DNA of 32,000 nt from Methanococcus maripaludis (GCF_002945325.1 NZ_CP026606.1:1-32000); one strand, 5' to 3'; numbered from the stretch's first letter, positions 1 through 10,674 are shown. Notes: generated by a model from the letters alone, not told the origin. Translations and numbers: made by a program.

Positions 1-66
1 AAGTTCATCAAAAAGTTCGTTATAATTCGATCCCATTTTCACAAATTTTCCTTCTATAATGTCCAT
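1..66 (-). CDS. N-terminal fragment (22 codons) of an unidentified protein that runs off the left edge
   Basis: Minus-strand ATG at 66-64 is preceded by the SD-like GTGGTAAT. The frame is open to position 1 (MDIIEGKFVKMGSNYNELFDEL...). Too short to identify. Confidence 0.3.
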   Translation of the reverse strand, partial: MDIIEGKFVKMGSNYNELFDEL

Positions 67-439
67 ATTACCACTTTTTAACTCTTTTAGGTAGTTCTAA
101 GTTAGTTCCAATTTACAGGGGTATAAACAAGAGATGAGATCATAGGTGCCTTGTTTTGTTCCTGCAATATATAGTCGTAATTTTTTAATTTTAAAACCTG
201 ATTTTTTAGAATTGCAGTTTTAATGTTCTTTTAATTCTAAAATTAGTTTTTTCGATAATTTAGGTTCTTTTAAATTCGGCAAAATTTTCAAAACGTTTTT
301 TGGCTTTTTCTAACCTTAAATCGCCTGTTTTGAATTTTTCGAATATTTACCAAATATATGGTCTGTAATCTAAGTTATTCTCACTTATGTCCTGTTTTAA
401 TATATATTTTTTAATCATTAATTTTCCAGTAAATGAATA

Positions 440-1204
440 TCAAACTCTCTGCCATGAAATATCATTTTCATCGAAAAATTCTACGTATTTTCTTTTATCT
501 TCGCCATACAACCCTTTCCAGTCGATTCCTACAAAATCAAATTCCTGTTTTGAAGTCAGCTGATTTAATATATTTTCAGAGAGTTTTGCATGTTTCGGGG
601 TCAAATATCCAACATAATATTCTTCTCTTAACGCGAGTTTTGTAAATTTAGGAGAATAGTGACCTCCCCCGATTCCGATTATTTTTTCTTTTTCATCGTA
701 TTCAGAATTTTGAATGGAATTTAATGTATCGATCAAGGAATTCGTAATAATTTCTGCTGCATCGTCAATCTGCCACTGTTCTTCACTGCTACCGATCTCT
801 ACAAATGCAGATGGGGCCTTTAAATCAGTTGGGCCGTGGTGTAGGACTTCAAAACTTACATCAAACCCTAATTCTTGATATTCTTCCATTTCATTGTATT
901 TATTCATATTTTGAAGCATTAATGTATTGAATACCGGGTTACATGGAGAAATTTCTTCTGGATTTCCACCATGTGAATTATCATCAGTTAAATTTCCGGG
1001 AGTATGTACTGTGAGTGTTGGTTTTTTGCTCTCGCTTGCATGTTTTGATAAAAATATATACATTTCAGATTGTGGAAACTCTGAATAATTTGTTTGAGTT
1101 GACTTTTTTTCAATATTAAATACACTGTATCCGTAATTTTCAACGTGTTTTTTAAGATTCTGACTTGCAGGGTCGGTTTCTGAAGAAATTAGTAAATAAT
1201 CCAT
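440..1204 (-). CDS. dtdA: D-aminoacyl-tRNA deacylase, archaeal DTD2/DtdA type
   Basis: 254-aa ORF. The N-terminus MDYLLISSETDPAS and the GIGGGHYSPKF motif match my recollection of the archaeal DtdA family, and the size is typical. Confidence 0.75.
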   Translation of the reverse strand: MDYLLISSETDPASQNLKKHVENYGYSVFNIEKKSTQTNYSEFPQSEMYIFLSKHASESKKPTLTVHTPGNLTDDNSHGGNPEEISPCNPVFNTLMLQNMNKYNEMEEYQELGFDVSFEVLHHGPTDLKAPSAFVEIGSSEEQWQIDDAAEIITNSLIDTLNSIQNSEYDEKEKIIGIGGGHYSPKFTKLALREEYYVGYLTPKHAKLSENILNQLTSKQEFDFVGIDWKGLYGEDKRKYVEFFDENDISWQRV

Positions 1205-1531
1205 TTTAATCGCCTGAATTTGTTTGCAATGATTTGTTATTTTTAAATTAATAACCTCAATATTTATAGTTACTTTCGAATTTTTCTAAATACTCCTAAA
1301 AATAGCCTATTGAAAAGATGCTCTAAAAGATGTCAATTGAAAATATGAACTTAATTTAAAATGGTTATTATGTTAAAATTTTAAAAAATTGATATCCGTA
1401 CTCTATATATACCCCGTATTCTATAGTTAAAACGAAATATTATTTAATTCACAAAGTAACTTAGTGAATTTTTAAACTATGATTTTTATTTTGTCTATAT
1501 TTACTATAATTATATGAACTGTGGTGATTTA

Positions 1532-3526
1532 ATGGCTGAAGATACTAACGCGGTTGTCGAAGAAAGCTTATTTGATGAATTTAAAGAACACTCAATTTCA
1601 GAGTTTTTTAGGAAAAACAGGCACATGCTCGGTTACAGCGGTAGATTAAGAAGTATGACTACAATTGTACACGAACTTGTAACAAACAGCCTTGACGCAT
1701 GTGAAGAATCTGAAATTCTTCCTGAAATTGCGGTCGAAATCAAAAAAATAGGTTCTGAAACATTTGGAGTTAATATTGAGGATAACGGTCCAGGAATTCC
1801 TCCTGAATTTGTTCCAAAAGTATTTGGTAAGATGCTTGCAGGGTCAAAATTACACAGGCTGGTCCAGTCAAGAGGTCAGCAGGGTATCGGGGCTGCAGGT
1901 GTATTATTATTTGCGCAGATGACAACCGGAAAGCCATTAAAAATTACAACTTCAACTGGAAACGGTACTATTTATGAAATGGAAATTAAAATGAGTATCG
2001 AGAAAAACGAAGGGGATGTAGTTTCAAGAAACACTCGAGAAGGATTTTGGAGAGGAACTAGGGTTGAAGGAGAATTTAAAGATGTTACATACAATAGAAG
2101 AGAGCAAGGACCATTTGAATATTTAAGAAGGATCAGTCTTTCAGCACCGCACGCTAAAATTACTTTGGAAGATCCGGAAGAAACAATTGTTTTTGAAAGA
2201 ACTGTAAATGATATACCAGAAAGACCTGAAGTAATGAAACCACACCCATACGGGTTAACAACTGATGAATTACTTCACATTTCAAGAGTAACGGATTCTT
2301 CAAGAGTTTCAAGCATGTTAAATAGTGAACTTTCAAGAGTCACCATGAAAAGAATTAAGGAACTTGAAGAGTACGTTTTAAGAGATACGCTTCTTGAAAA
2401 CTACCGTTCAAGTGTATTTTGGGATACAATTGTAAGCTGTTACTTAAACTTTGATTTCACGAAATACTTTGATATATACGGCCATTATTTTGATAAAAAA
2501 GAAATTGAAGATGTAAAACAACTTATAAATGGCCTCCCTGAAGGTTTGGGTGAATTAAAAACTTACTGTATGAAATATCTTGTAACCCAATATTTGGTTC
2601 AAAAATTGGATGATGAAGAAATAAAAGAGATTAAAAATCATTTCAAGAAAAAACCTGAAAATTTCATGGAATACATGGATAAAAAATATTTAAATGCATC
2701 ACTACTTGATGAATTCAGAAGAAAATTGAAAAACATTACAAAATCTCCGGCAGAATTTGTAAAATCCCTCGTGGACCTTGCAATGGTTTCTGATACTGAG
2801 CTTGAAAAATACCGAAAATCAATCAAGGACCTTTTAAAGAAAAATCCAAAAGAAATGACTTGGAAAGATTCTGAAGTCATTGTAAATGTTTTACAGGATA
2901 TGGACTTTATGGCACCTTCAACAGTTGGATTAAGGCCAATTGGTGAGGAAAACATTGAAAAATCACTTAATACTCTTGAACCTGAGTTTTTAAAGACCCT
3001 GACAAGAAAACCTAAAACTTACAAGGGAGGAGTTCCTTTTGCAGTTGAAGTAGGTCTTGCTTATGGTGGAGAAGCTGGAAGAAGTGGTGATGAGTCACGA
3101 AAGATGGAAATCATGAGATTTTCAAATCACGTACCATTACTTTTTGATACCTCAGGTTGTGGTTTAACAAATGCTGTTAAAAGTGTTAACTGGAGAAGAT
3201 ATGGTCTTAGAAATGATGAAGATGCTCCAGTAACTGTATTTGTAAACCTTATTTCAACACACATCCCGTATACATCAGCAGGAAAACAGGCAATTGCATC
3301 AAGCAACGAAGAAAATGAAGAAATTTTCAATGAAATAAGGCAGTCTTTAATGATATGTGCAAGAGAGCTTGAAAAGCACATCTCAAAATTAAGAAAAGAA
3401 AAAGAAGAAGAACAGAAACGAAAATATGTTATGAAATATGCGGTAATTTTTGCAGAAGGGCTTGCAAGCATTACTGGAAGACCAAAAGAAGAAATAGAAG
3501 CAAATGTTGTTAATTTGCTTAGATAA
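1532..3526 (+). CDS. top6B: DNA topoisomerase VI subunit B
   Basis: GHKL/Bergerat ATPase motifs are present: [27 protein letters not shown]. The transducer region carries [30 protein letters not shown] (1523-1528) plus 3 nt favours ATG 1532 over the track start at 1514. Confidence 0.9.
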   Translation: MAEDTNAVVEESLFDEFKEHSISEFFRKNRHMLGYSGRLRSMTTIVHELVTNSLDACEESEILPEIAVEIKKIGSETFGVNIEDNGPGIPPEFVPKVFGKMLAGSKLHRLVQSRGQQGIGAAGVLLFAQMTTGKPLKITTSTGNGTIYEMEIKMSIEKNEGDVVSRNTREGFWRGTRVEGEFKDVTYNRREQGPFEYLRRISLSAPHAKITLEDPEETIVFERTVNDIPERPEVMKPHPYGLTTDELLHISRVTDSSRVSSMLNSELSRVTMKRIKELEEYVLRDTLLENYRSSVFWDTIVSCYLNFDFTKYFDIYGHYFDKKEIEDVKQLINGLPEGLGELKTYCMKYLVTQYLVQKLDDEEIKEIKNHFKKKPENFMEYMDKKYLNASLLDEFRRKLKNITKSPAEFVKSLVDLAMVSDTELEKYRKSIKDLLKKNPKEMTWKDSEVIVNVLQDMDFMAPSTVGLRPIGEENIEKSLNTLEPEFLKTLTRKPKTYKGGVPFAVEVGLAYGGEAGRSGDESRKMEIMRFSNHVPLLFDTSGCGLTNAVKSVNWRRYGLRNDEDAPVTVFVNLISTHIPYTSAGKQAIASSNEENEEIFNEIRQSLMICARELEKHISKLRKEKEEEQKRKYVMKYAVIFAEGLASITGRPKEEIEANVVNLLR

Positions 3527-3559
3527 TTTTTTACTTTTTTTAAATTATTTTTTTATTTT
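3527..3559 (+). terminator. Oligo-T tracts after top6B, a candidate archaeal intrinsic terminator
   Basis: T6 (3527-3532), T7 (3535-3541), T7 (3548-3554) and T4 (3556-3559) follow directly after the TAA stop. Confidence 0.4.
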
Positions 3560-3667
3560 GGAACCCTTTGAAAAATTTTAAAGAATTTTAAGAATCCACA
3601 AACTTCATTTAAAAAATTAATTATATTCGTTTTTTCATAATTTAATAAAACGAATTTGGGGGATTTT

Positions 3668-4555
3668 ATGCTATCAAAGGGGGCAGTTATCGATAAATTG
3701 AAGTCTTACAAACCATGCGAAAATTGTAATGGCCCAATTTCTAAAACAATTTCTATATGTGATTTAAATCTTGATGAAAGAAAAAGAAAATGTGTTTGTG
3801 GTCATTCGCAGTTAGATGATGTAATGCTTGACGTATTAAATTTAATGTCTGAGTATCATGAACTTCAAAATAATGATTTAAAAGCTGTAACTTTAAGGGA
3901 TGCTGGAACTCCGTTGGTCGAAATTGGATACCCTTTAAAATATCTGCCTGTTGTATCTAATGATGAATTAATTGTGATGAAAGATGTATCAAAAGCTTGT
4001 GCAACAGAAATATTAAAAATACCCGAAGTTAAAGGGGTTATTTCAAATAACTCAAAAAATAATAGCTTTAATCGTCCAGAAGACTCTGGCGAAGTAAATA
4101 CACTCATTGCGGGAGACGATTTTAGATGCGACATTTTTGTTTTAAAATCGATCATGGACTGCGTCGTTATATGTAAAAACCAGTCAAAAGTTCACATCGA
4201 ATTTCCACGACCATTTAATCCAAAAATTGCAAAAATTGACCGTTTAAATCTTAAGGGAAAGGTGGTGGTCGATGGATTCTGCGGATCTGGAACTTTGGGG
4301 CTGGCAGCACTAAAAAAAGGTGCAAAAAAGGTTATATTTTCAGACATAAATCCCCATGCATTAAAAGATGTTATATATAACTTAAAGCTAAACTTTTCAA
4401 AAGACGTATTCGAAAAAGTTGAAATTATTAATTCTAACTTTTTAAATCTGGATATCACAGGAGATGTCTGCTTTGTAGATTTATTCCCTCACATGGATAG
4501 GGAACCTTTTTTAAACAAAGCAAAAACAATTTCTAAACAAATAGTACTTATTTAA
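3668..4555 (+). CDS. Putative class I SAM-dependent methyltransferase with an N-terminal zinc-ribbon-like Cys motif
   Basis: Motif I VVDGFCGSGTLGLAA, acidic FSDIN, and motif IV-like FVDLFP. The N-terminus carries CENCNG...CVCGH. SD GGGGGAT plus 3 nt precedes ATG 3668; the track start is TTG 3656. Substrate unknown. Confidence 0.55.
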   Translation: MLSKGAVIDKLKSYKPCENCNGPISKTISICDLNLDERKRKCVCGHSQLDDVMLDVLNLMSEYHELQNNDLKAVTLRDAGTPLVEIGYPLKYLPVVSNDELIVMKDVSKACATEILKIPEVKGVISNNSKNNSFNRPEDSGEVNTLIAGDDFRCDIFVLKSIMDCVVICKNQSKVHIEFPRPFNPKIAKIDRLNLKGKVVVDGFCGSGTLGLAALKKGAKKVIFSDINPHALKDVIYNLKLNFSKDVFEKVEIINSNFLNLDITGDVCFVDLFPHMDREPFLNKAKTISKQIVLI

Positions 4556-4562
4556 ACGTGAA

Positions 4563-5369
4563 ATGATGAAAAAGTCTAAAAAATTAGGCCAATGTTTTTT
4601 AAAAGATAAAAATTTTGTTAAAAAAGCAATTAATCGTGCAGAACTAAACGATAAAGATATAGTTTTGGAAGTGGGGCTTGGAGAAGGGGCACTGACAAAA
4701 GAACTTGCTAAAATTGCAAAAAAAGTTTATGTAATTGAACTTGATGAACGGTTAAAACCTTTTGCAGATGAAATAACTGCTGAATTTGAAAATGTTGAAA
4801 TTATATGGTCAGATGCTTTAAAAGTTGACTTAAAAAGTATTGAATTCAATAAAATCGTTGCAAATTTACCTTACCAGATTTCTTCGCCAATAACATTTAA
4901 ATTTTTAGAAGAAGATTTTGAAACGGCAGTTCTAATGTATCAGTACGAATTTGCAAAAAGAATGGCTGGAAAACCAGATACTAAGGAATACAGTAGGTTA
5001 AGCGTTGCAGTACAGTATAATGCAGATGTTGAATTTATCTGTAAAGTTCCCCCAAGTGCATTTTCTCCAAAACCGGATGTAAATTCTGCAATTGTAAAAT
5101 TAACTAAAAGGGAACCTAAATATCATGTCAAAGATGAAGAATTTTTCAAAAAAGTTTTAAAAGCTATGTTCCAGCATAGGAATAGAACAGTTAAACGAGC
5201 ATTGATTGATTCAAGCCATGAAATTGAAATTGACCGCGATAATTTAAAAGAAATTTTGGAAAAAATTGAAAATGAGTTTGATTTTACAGAACGTGTATTT
5301 AAAACTCCGCCTGAAAAAATTGGGCATTTAAGCAATTTATTGTATGGCGAAATGTTAAATTTGGAGTAA
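4563..5369 (+). CDS. ksgA: 16S rRNA (adenine1518/1519-N6)-dimethyltransferase, KsgA/RsmA/Dim1
   Basis: KKLGQCFL, SAM motif EVGLGEGALT and catalytic NLPYQISS are present. 268 aa is a typical length. Confidence 0.9.
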   Translation: MMKKSKKLGQCFLKDKNFVKKAINRAELNDKDIVLEVGLGEGALTKELAKIAKKVYVIELDERLKPFADEITAEFENVEIIWSDALKVDLKSIEFNKIVANLPYQISSPITFKFLEEDFETAVLMYQYEFAKRMAGKPDTKEYSRLSVAVQYNADVEFICKVPPSAFSPKPDVNSAIVKLTKREPKYHVKDEEFFKKVLKAMFQHRNRTVKRALIDSSHEIEIDRDNLKEILEKIENEFDFTERVFKTPPEKIGHLSNLLYGEMLNLE

Positions 5370-5373
5370 AATC

Positions 5374-6249
5374 ATGAAAATCACAGTACTTTATTCCGGA
5401 AACTACGGTGAAAGAATATTGAATACGATTTTAGAAAAGTTTGCCCAGAATATCGTTTCAATTCATGAAATTCCTGAAAATTTACCCGAATACATTGATG
5501 ATGTGACTGAATATGTTCCAGAAAATTTAAAAGACTCTGATTTAATAATTTCAGTTGGCCTTTTTGGAGATATTAATTCAATAGTATGTGATATTGCTAA
5601 AAAAACAAATGCAAAATCGATAATTATCGAGTCACACAGTCCAAAACAGATTACAAGGGGGTTAAAATCTGAAATTTCAGATATTTTAACAGGGATAAAA
5701 ATTGTGTTTCCAAAACCGTTCTGTTCTTTAAAACCAGTTGGAGATAAATACATTGATGAATTTGCACAATATTTTGGATCTCCCGAAATTGAGATTATTG
5801 GGGAAACTATCGTTAAATCTGTAACTGTAAATCGAAATGCACCATGCGGTTCAACAAAATATGTTGCAGAGAACTTAACAGGATACCCTTTGGTCGAGGT
5901 TGAATTTGAATCCGGAAATAAACTTCACAATTACCCCTGTCTTGCATCAATGGACATTGATAATGAAATTGGGGATACAATTCTACACCTTGCAGGATAT
6001 AAAATAAAAGAAGCTGTTAAAAAATCTTTGAAGTTTTCAAATAAAATTTTAACAGTAACTAATGATTGCAAAGGGTTTGAATGCGGATTTAAATGCTACA
6101 AAATATGTCCTGTTGTTAAAATGGGTGAAAAGGCAGTAGAAGTCGAAAAAACGCATGTAAATATAAATAATCTGTTCTGCGGTTGCTGCATGAAATGTGT
6201 AGATATATGTCCTTTCAACGCCATTAAAGTTTTGAATTATAAAATATAA
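5374..6249 (+). CDS. DUF166-like (COG1810-like) domain fused to a C-terminal ferredoxin-like Cys domain
   Basis: The first ~215 aa are paralogous to the ORF at 15528-16184. Shared motifs: MK[IV]xV..G..GER, F..FG.P..EI, PCG[SG]T, AE[ND]L.G, YPC. The C-terminus carries CGFKCYKICP and CGCCMKCVDICP. It starts 4 nt after the ksgA stop. Confidence 0.6.
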   Translation: MKITVLYSGNYGERILNTILEKFAQNIVSIHEIPENLPEYIDDVTEYVPENLKDSDLIISVGLFGDINSIVCDIAKKTNAKSIIIESHSPKQITRGLKSEISDILTGIKIVFPKPFCSLKPVGDKYIDEFAQYFGSPEIEIIGETIVKSVTVNRNAPCGSTKYVAENLTGYPLVEVEFESGNKLHNYPCLASMDIDNEIGDTILHLAGYKIKEAVKKSLKFSNKILTVTNDCKGFECGFKCYKICPVVKMGEKAVEVEKTHVNINNLFCGCCMKCVDICPFNAIKVLNYKI

Positions 6250-6361
6250 TTACCAAATATGTTTATTTATTCAAAACTCCTTTTTTTAATTAAATTTTAG
6301 ACTTAACAACAATATTTAACCTTTAAATATAATTACTGGTAATTTAATGCCGGTTGTGCTA

Positions 6362-6376
6362 AACTATATATATTTT
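6362..6376 (+). promoter_or_regulatory. Candidate TATA box for the cdh operon
   Basis: aaCTATATATATTTT lies ~45 nt upstream of the cdhA start, the only strong TATA-like element in the 156-nt gap. The predicted transcription start is ~6395-6400. Confidence 0.45.
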
Positions 6377-6414
6377 AAAATGTCATTATAAATCATGACA
6401 ATTCGGTGATGGTC

Positions 6415-8751
6415 ATGACGTATAAAAAAATGGATAAAAAACTTGACAACGATTTTTGGAAGACTAAAAATCTTTCATTAACCATTGGTGAAGTCTCTAT
6501 CGGCAAGCCCAAACAAGAGTTGGACGAGCCAATGGGGCCCACACCAAAACCAAGTGTTACAGACCTGAGATCTTGGGATTTCAAGCTATTAAAGCGTTAT
6601 CCTCCTTTCTATGCACCTTTCTGTGATATGTGCTGTTTATGTACGTACGGAAAGTGTGATTTACTTGGTAAAAAAGGCGCTTGTGGAATTGATGCGGAAG
6701 CTCAACAGGCAAGAACTGTTCTTTTAGCATCGTGCATCGGAACTGCAGCTCATGCAGGACATGGAAGACACATGCTCCACCACGTAATCAAAGAAAAAGG
6801 AAAAGATTTCCCAATAGATATGGGTAAAAATATCGATATAGAAGCTCCGATAATAAGAACGATCATTGGTAAAAAACCAGTAACAGTTTCAGATTTGGAC
6901 GAATCTTTATCTTACGTCGAAGAACAGTTATCGCATCTTCTTTCAGCATGTCATACAGGTCAAGAAGGAAACGCTCTTGATTTTGAATCTAAAGCACTTC
7001 ACGCAGGAATGATGGATGATCTTGCAAGGGAAGTAGCAGATATTACTCAAATTGTTGCATATGACATGCCAAGAGGAGATGGTGACGAACCACTTGTAGA
7101 ACTGGGTCTTGGAACAGTAGATAAAGATAAACCCGTGGTGCTCTGTATTGGTCACAACGTAGCACCTGGTGCAGAAATACTCGATTATGTTGAAGATAAC
7201 GATCTTTACGAAGACGTTGAAATTTGTGGTATCTGCTGTACTGCAATAGATATAACCAGGTACAACCAAGCTGCAAAAGTTATCGGTCCGCTATCAAAAC
7301 AGATGAAATTCATCAGGAGTGGTGTTTCAGATGTTATCGTAGTTGATGAACAGTGTGTTAGAACAGATGTTTTGGAAGAAGCTAAGCGAAATGGTGCAGT
7401 GGTTATTGCAACGACTGACAAAATGTGTCTTGGACTTTCAGATATGACAAAAGAAGACCCTGAATTAATCATTAACGAACTTGTTAACGGAAAAATTGAT
7501 GGCGCACTTATACTTGAGCCTAAAAAGGTAGGAAAAGTTGCAGTGGAAGTTGCTAAAAAAATTGCAAAAAGAAGAGAATCTTTAAAATGTCTTCCAGATA
7601 TTTCTGAAATTCCTGAAATTGCAAAAGAATGTACAGAATGCGGTTGGTGTGTTCGAGTCTGCCCAAACAACAGGCCTATAATGGATGCAGTAACTTCCGC
7701 AGCTAAAGGGGATCTCAAAAAACTTGCAGACCTTTATGAATACGATATGTGCTACACATGTGGACGGTGCGAAGAAGAATGTGAGAGAAACTTGCCACTA
7801 GTTTCATTCATCACAAAAGCTGGAGACCACTTTGTAAAAAACCAGAAATTCAAAATGAGGGCAGGAAGAGGCCCTGTTCAAGATGTCGAAATTAGGAAGG
7901 TGGGTGGTCCTATCGTTTTAGGGGATATTCCTGGCGTAGTTGCATTTGTTGGATGTTCCAACTTCCCAAACGGCGGAATAGAAATTGCTAAAATGGCAGA
8001 AGAACTCCTAAAAAGAAGTTACATCGTTGTAGCAACAGGGTGTTCTGCAATGTCAATTGGAGAATATGTTGATGAAGATGGACTGACACTCTATGAAAAA
8101 TATGAAGGAATTTTTGATGCTAGCGGACTTGCAAATATCGGTTCATGTGTTTCAAATGCCCATATTTCAGGAGCATGTATCAAAATTGCAAACATCTTTG
8201 CTAAAAAGCCACTTTCTGGAAACTTCGAAGAAGTTGCAGACTATATCTTAAACAGAGTTGGTACCTGTGGTGTAGCTTGGGGTGCATTTTCCCAAAAAGC
8301 AGCTGCAATTGCCGCCGGAGTTAACCGATGGGGTATTCCTGCAGTACTTGGACCACACAGTTCAAAATACAGAAGACTCTATCTTGGTAGAATCGATAAA
8401 GAAGAGATGTGGGATCTTAACGATTTAAGAACTGGCGAAACGGTTAAAGGGGAACCTGCTCCAGAACATCTGCTTTATGCTGCAGAAACCATGGAAGAAG
8501 CACTTGTAAGTACCGTAAAGATGTGCATAAGGCCAAATGATACGCCTAAAGGAAGACAGTTAAAACTTTCAAATTACATAGATTTATACAAAAAATACTT
8601 TGGCGAATTACCACCTGACTTAGAATTATTTGTAAGAACCGAAAGAGACATTCCAATTACCCACAAAAAAGAAGTAATGGATGACTTAACAAGCAAAAAC
8701 TGGACTCCAAGGGAAGCTCCAAAAGAACCCTCATTACTCGAGAGGAAATAG
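6415..8751 (+). CDS. cdhA: Acetyl-CoA decarbonylase/synthase complex subunit alpha (CO dehydrogenase catalytic subunit)
   Basis: N-terminal Cys cluster [15 protein letters not shown]. Inserted 2x[4Fe-4S] domain [12 protein letters not shown] / [12 protein letters not shown]. ~780 aa as in archaeal CdhA. The start is ambiguous (GTG 6406, ATG 6409, ATG 6415). SD GGTGAT 6405-6410 favours 6415. Confidence 0.92.
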   Translation: MTYKKMDKKLDNDFWKTKNLSLTIGEVSIGKPKQELDEPMGPTPKPSVTDLRSWDFKLLKRYPPFYAPFCDMCCLCTYGKCDLLGKKGACGIDAEAQQARTVLLASCIGTAAHAGHGRHMLHHVIKEKGKDFPIDMGKNIDIEAPIIRTIIGKKPVTVSDLDESLSYVEEQLSHLLSACHTGQEGNALDFESKALHAGMMDDLAREVADITQIVAYDMPRGDGDEPLVELGLGTVDKDKPVVLCIGHNVAPGAEILDYVEDNDLYEDVEICGICCTAIDITRYNQAAKVIGPLSKQMKFIRSGVSDVIVVDEQCVRTDVLEEAKRNGAVVIATTDKMCLGLSDMTKEDPELIINELVNGKIDGALILEPKKVGKVAVEVAKKIAKRRESLKCLPDISEIPEIAKECTECGWCVRVCPNNRPIMDAVTSAAKGDLKKLADLYEYDMCYTCGRCEEECERNLPLVSFITKAGDHFVKNQKFKMRAGRGPVQDVEIRKVGGPIVLGDIPGVVAFVGCSNFPNGGIEIAKMAEELLKRSYIVVATGCSAMSIGEYVDEDGLTLYEKYEGIFDASGLANIGSCVSNAHISGACIKIANIFAKKPLSGNFEEVADYILNRVGTCGVAWGAFSQKAAAIAAGVNRWGIPAVLGPHSSKYRRLYLGRIDKEEMWDLNDLRTGETVKGEPAPEHLLYAAETMEEALVSTVKMCIRPNDTPKGRQLKLSNYIDLYKKYFGELPPDLELFVRTERDIPITHKKEVMDDLTSKNWTPREAPKEPSLLERK

Positions 8752-8760
8752 GGTGAAAAA

Positions 8761-9279
8761 ATGGATGGAGATAGAACAACCCCGTGGCAACCAACTGTAA
8801 TTGCAGGTCCAAAACACGGAATGCTTGTAACTCCTGCAATTGCAAAAATGATGTTGAAAAAGGCTAAAAATCCATTGTTTGTGATCGGGCCTCTTATAAA
8901 AGATGATGATGGGTTAATTTCACTCTGCAAAAATATTGTGGAAGCTTGGAATCTACCTGTAGTCGCTACTGGAAATATTTACAAATCTTTAACTGAAAAT
9001 GGAATCAAATCTAAAAGATACGGTACAATTGAGATTGTAAATCTTTTGAAGGATCCTGAATGGAAAGGAATAAACAGTGAAGGACAGCACGACCTTGTAT
9101 TATTTATCGGGGTTACTTACTACCTCGCATCGCAAGGCCTTTCATCACTCAAACATTTTGCACCGCATTTGAAAACAGTGACACTTTGCAAATACTTTCA
9201 TTCAAATGCCGATGCATCATTCCCAAATATGTCTGATTCTGAATGGACAAACTACTTAGAAAAAATGTCAAAAATTTAA
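8761..9279 (+). CDS. cdhB: Acetyl-CoA decarbonylase/synthase complex subunit epsilon
   Basis: 172 aa, directly after cdhA. The N-terminus [14 protein letters not shown]...[10 protein letters not shown] is typical of CdhB. SD GGGTGA lies upstream. Confidence 0.88.
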   Translation: MDGDRTTPWQPTVIAGPKHGMLVTPAIAKMMLKKAKNPLFVIGPLIKDDDGLISLCKNIVEAWNLPVVATGNIYKSLTENGIKSKRYGTIEIVNLLKDPEWKGINSEGQHDLVLFIGVTYYLASQGLSSLKHFAPHLKTVTLCKYFHSNADASFPNMSDSEWTNYLEKMSKI

Positions 9280-9290
9280 GGGAGATACTC

Positions 9291-10664
9291 ATGTTTGGAG
9301 ACATACCTGTTGAAATAAGTCCTATGTATGAAGGAGAAAGAATAAGGGCAGCAAACATGTTCGTAGAACTTGCGGGGCCCAAATCAGTTGGTGCAGAGCT
9401 AGTTTTAGTTTCTGACAATGTAGAAGATGGGAAAATTGAAATTATCGGTCCAGAACTCAAAGACATGGAAGAAGGAAATAAATACCCATTTGGATTATTA
9501 ATGGAAGTTTCTGGAGAAAAACTTGAAAAAGATCTCGAAGGAGTAATTGAAAGAAGAATTCACGAAATTTGTAACTATGTTCAGGGATTTATGCACTTAA
9601 ATCAAAGAGACAAAATCTGGTGTAGGGTTGGTAAAGATTCCTATTCAAAAGGTTTTGAATTAAAGCATCTTGGACAGGCTCTTTCGACACTCTTTAAAGA
9701 CGAATTTCCAATCATTGAAGCAATTTCAATCACAATATTTACTGAAGAAGAAAAAGTAAAAGAATTCGTTGAAAAAGCAGTTTCAGAATACCAAACAAGA
9801 GACAGTAAAGCCAGAGATTTGAGTGAAGAAGACGTTGATGTATTTTATGGATGTATCATGTGTCAATCATTTGCTCCAACTCACGTTTGTGTAATCACGC
9901 CCGATAGACCCGCTTTGTGTGGTGGAATCAATTGGTTTGATTGTAGGGCGGCTGCAAAAATTGATCCTGAAGGTCCAATATTTGAAATTCCAAAAGGGGA
10001 TTTGTTAGATCCAGTTACTGGAGAATACACTACGTTAAATGCAACTGTTGCAGATAAATCACAGAGTACATTTGACAAAGTATATTTACACAGTATTTTT
10101 GGACACCCGCACACATCATGCGGATGTTTTGAAGCTGTAGCATTTTATATTCCAGAAGTAGATGGAATTGGAATTGTTCACAGGGATTTCAAAGGAGATA
10201 CCCCAATGGGAATTCCATTTTCGGCAATGGCAGGACAGTGTTCTGGTGGAAAACAGGTTGAAGGATTTGCTGGTCTTTGTATTGAGTATATGAGATCCCC
10301 AAAATTCTTGCAGGCTGATGGTGGATACGAAAGAATCGTCTGGCTTCCAAAAGGAATAAAAGATAGGGTCATCGAATCGATTCCCGAGGAATTAAGAGAC
10401 AAAATTGCAACCGAAGAAGATGTTTCAAGCATTCACAACTTGAAAAAATTCTTGAACGAAAAAGACCACCCTGTTCTCAAAAGAATTGCTGAATTAGAAA
10501 CACCTGTTGAAGAACAAATGGAAGAAGATGAGGCAGAACCTGCAGGGGAACTCGTTCAATTTGCACAGATTCCTGAAATGGCAATTCCTACATCCGGTGG
10601 AATTAAAATTATACTTAAAAATGCGAAAATTTACGCTGAAAAAATTATCATAAAAAAGAAATAG
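9291..10664 (+). CDS. cdhC: Acetyl-CoA decarbonylase/synthase complex subunit beta (A-cluster acetyl-CoA synthase)
   Basis: MFGDIPVEISPMYEGERIR N-terminus. A-cluster Cys motifs CIMCQSFAPTHVCVITPDRPALCG and SCGCFE. The SD GGGAGAT follows the cdhB stop, so ATG 9291 is preferred to the track start 9243, which overlaps cdhB. Confidence 0.92.
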   Translation: MFGDIPVEISPMYEGERIRAANMFVELAGPKSVGAELVLVSDNVEDGKIEIIGPELKDMEEGNKYPFGLLMEVSGEKLEKDLEGVIERRIHEICNYVQGFMHLNQRDKIWCRVGKDSYSKGFELKHLGQALSTLFKDEFPIIEAISITIFTEEEKVKEFVEKAVSEYQTRDSKARDLSEEDVDVFYGCIMCQSFAPTHVCVITPDRPALCGGINWFDCRAAAKIDPEGPIFEIPKGDLLDPVTGEYTTLNATVADKSQSTFDKVYLHSIFGHPHTSCGCFEAVAFYIPEVDGIGIVHRDFKGDTPMGIPFSAMAGQCSGGKQVEGFAGLCIEYMRSPKFLQADGGYERIVWLPKGIKDRVIESIPEELRDKIATEEDVSSIHNLKKFLNEKDHPVLKRIAELETPVEEQMEEDEAEPAGELVQFAQIPEMAIPTSGGIKIILKNAKIYAEKIIIKKK

Positions 10665-10674
10665 GCTGTTAAAA

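Noticed and set aside
346-417. 23-codon minus-strand ORF (MIKKYILKQDISENNLDYRPYIW) just downstream of dtdA.
   Set aside because: No SD and no recognisable motif. This length is expected by chance.
67-439. Long 373-nt AT-rich spacer examined for tRNA, ncRNA, CRISPR-like repeats or ORB-type origin repeats.
   Set aside because: Only one weak 5-bp stem (ACAAG/CTTGT near 128-160) and loosely similar A/T-rich words. There is no GC-rich island of the kind structured RNAs form in AT-rich methanogen genomes.
433-645. 70-aa plus-strand ORF in the track. Many similar track ORFs exist, e.g. 2638-2955, 3127-3471, 7206-7718, 14873-15253, 19604-20678, 20954-22372, 31001-31351.
   Set aside because: All lie antisense to, or out of frame within, long well-supported genes. 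They have low-complexity Ser/Phe/Leu/Ile-rich translations and lack SD sites. These are typical shadow ORFs.
1315-1350. Loose direct repeats (TTGAAAAGATG / TAAAAGATG / TTGAAAATATG) in the dtdA/top6B divergent spacer.
   Set aside because: They are imperfect, A-rich and short. I cannot tell them apart from compositional background.
9243-9290. N-terminal extension of cdhC given by the ORF track ([16 protein letters not shown]...).
   Set aside because: It overlaps the 3' end of cdhB. ATG 9291 has a proper SD right after the cdhB stop and yields the conserved CdhC N-terminus MFGDIPVE.
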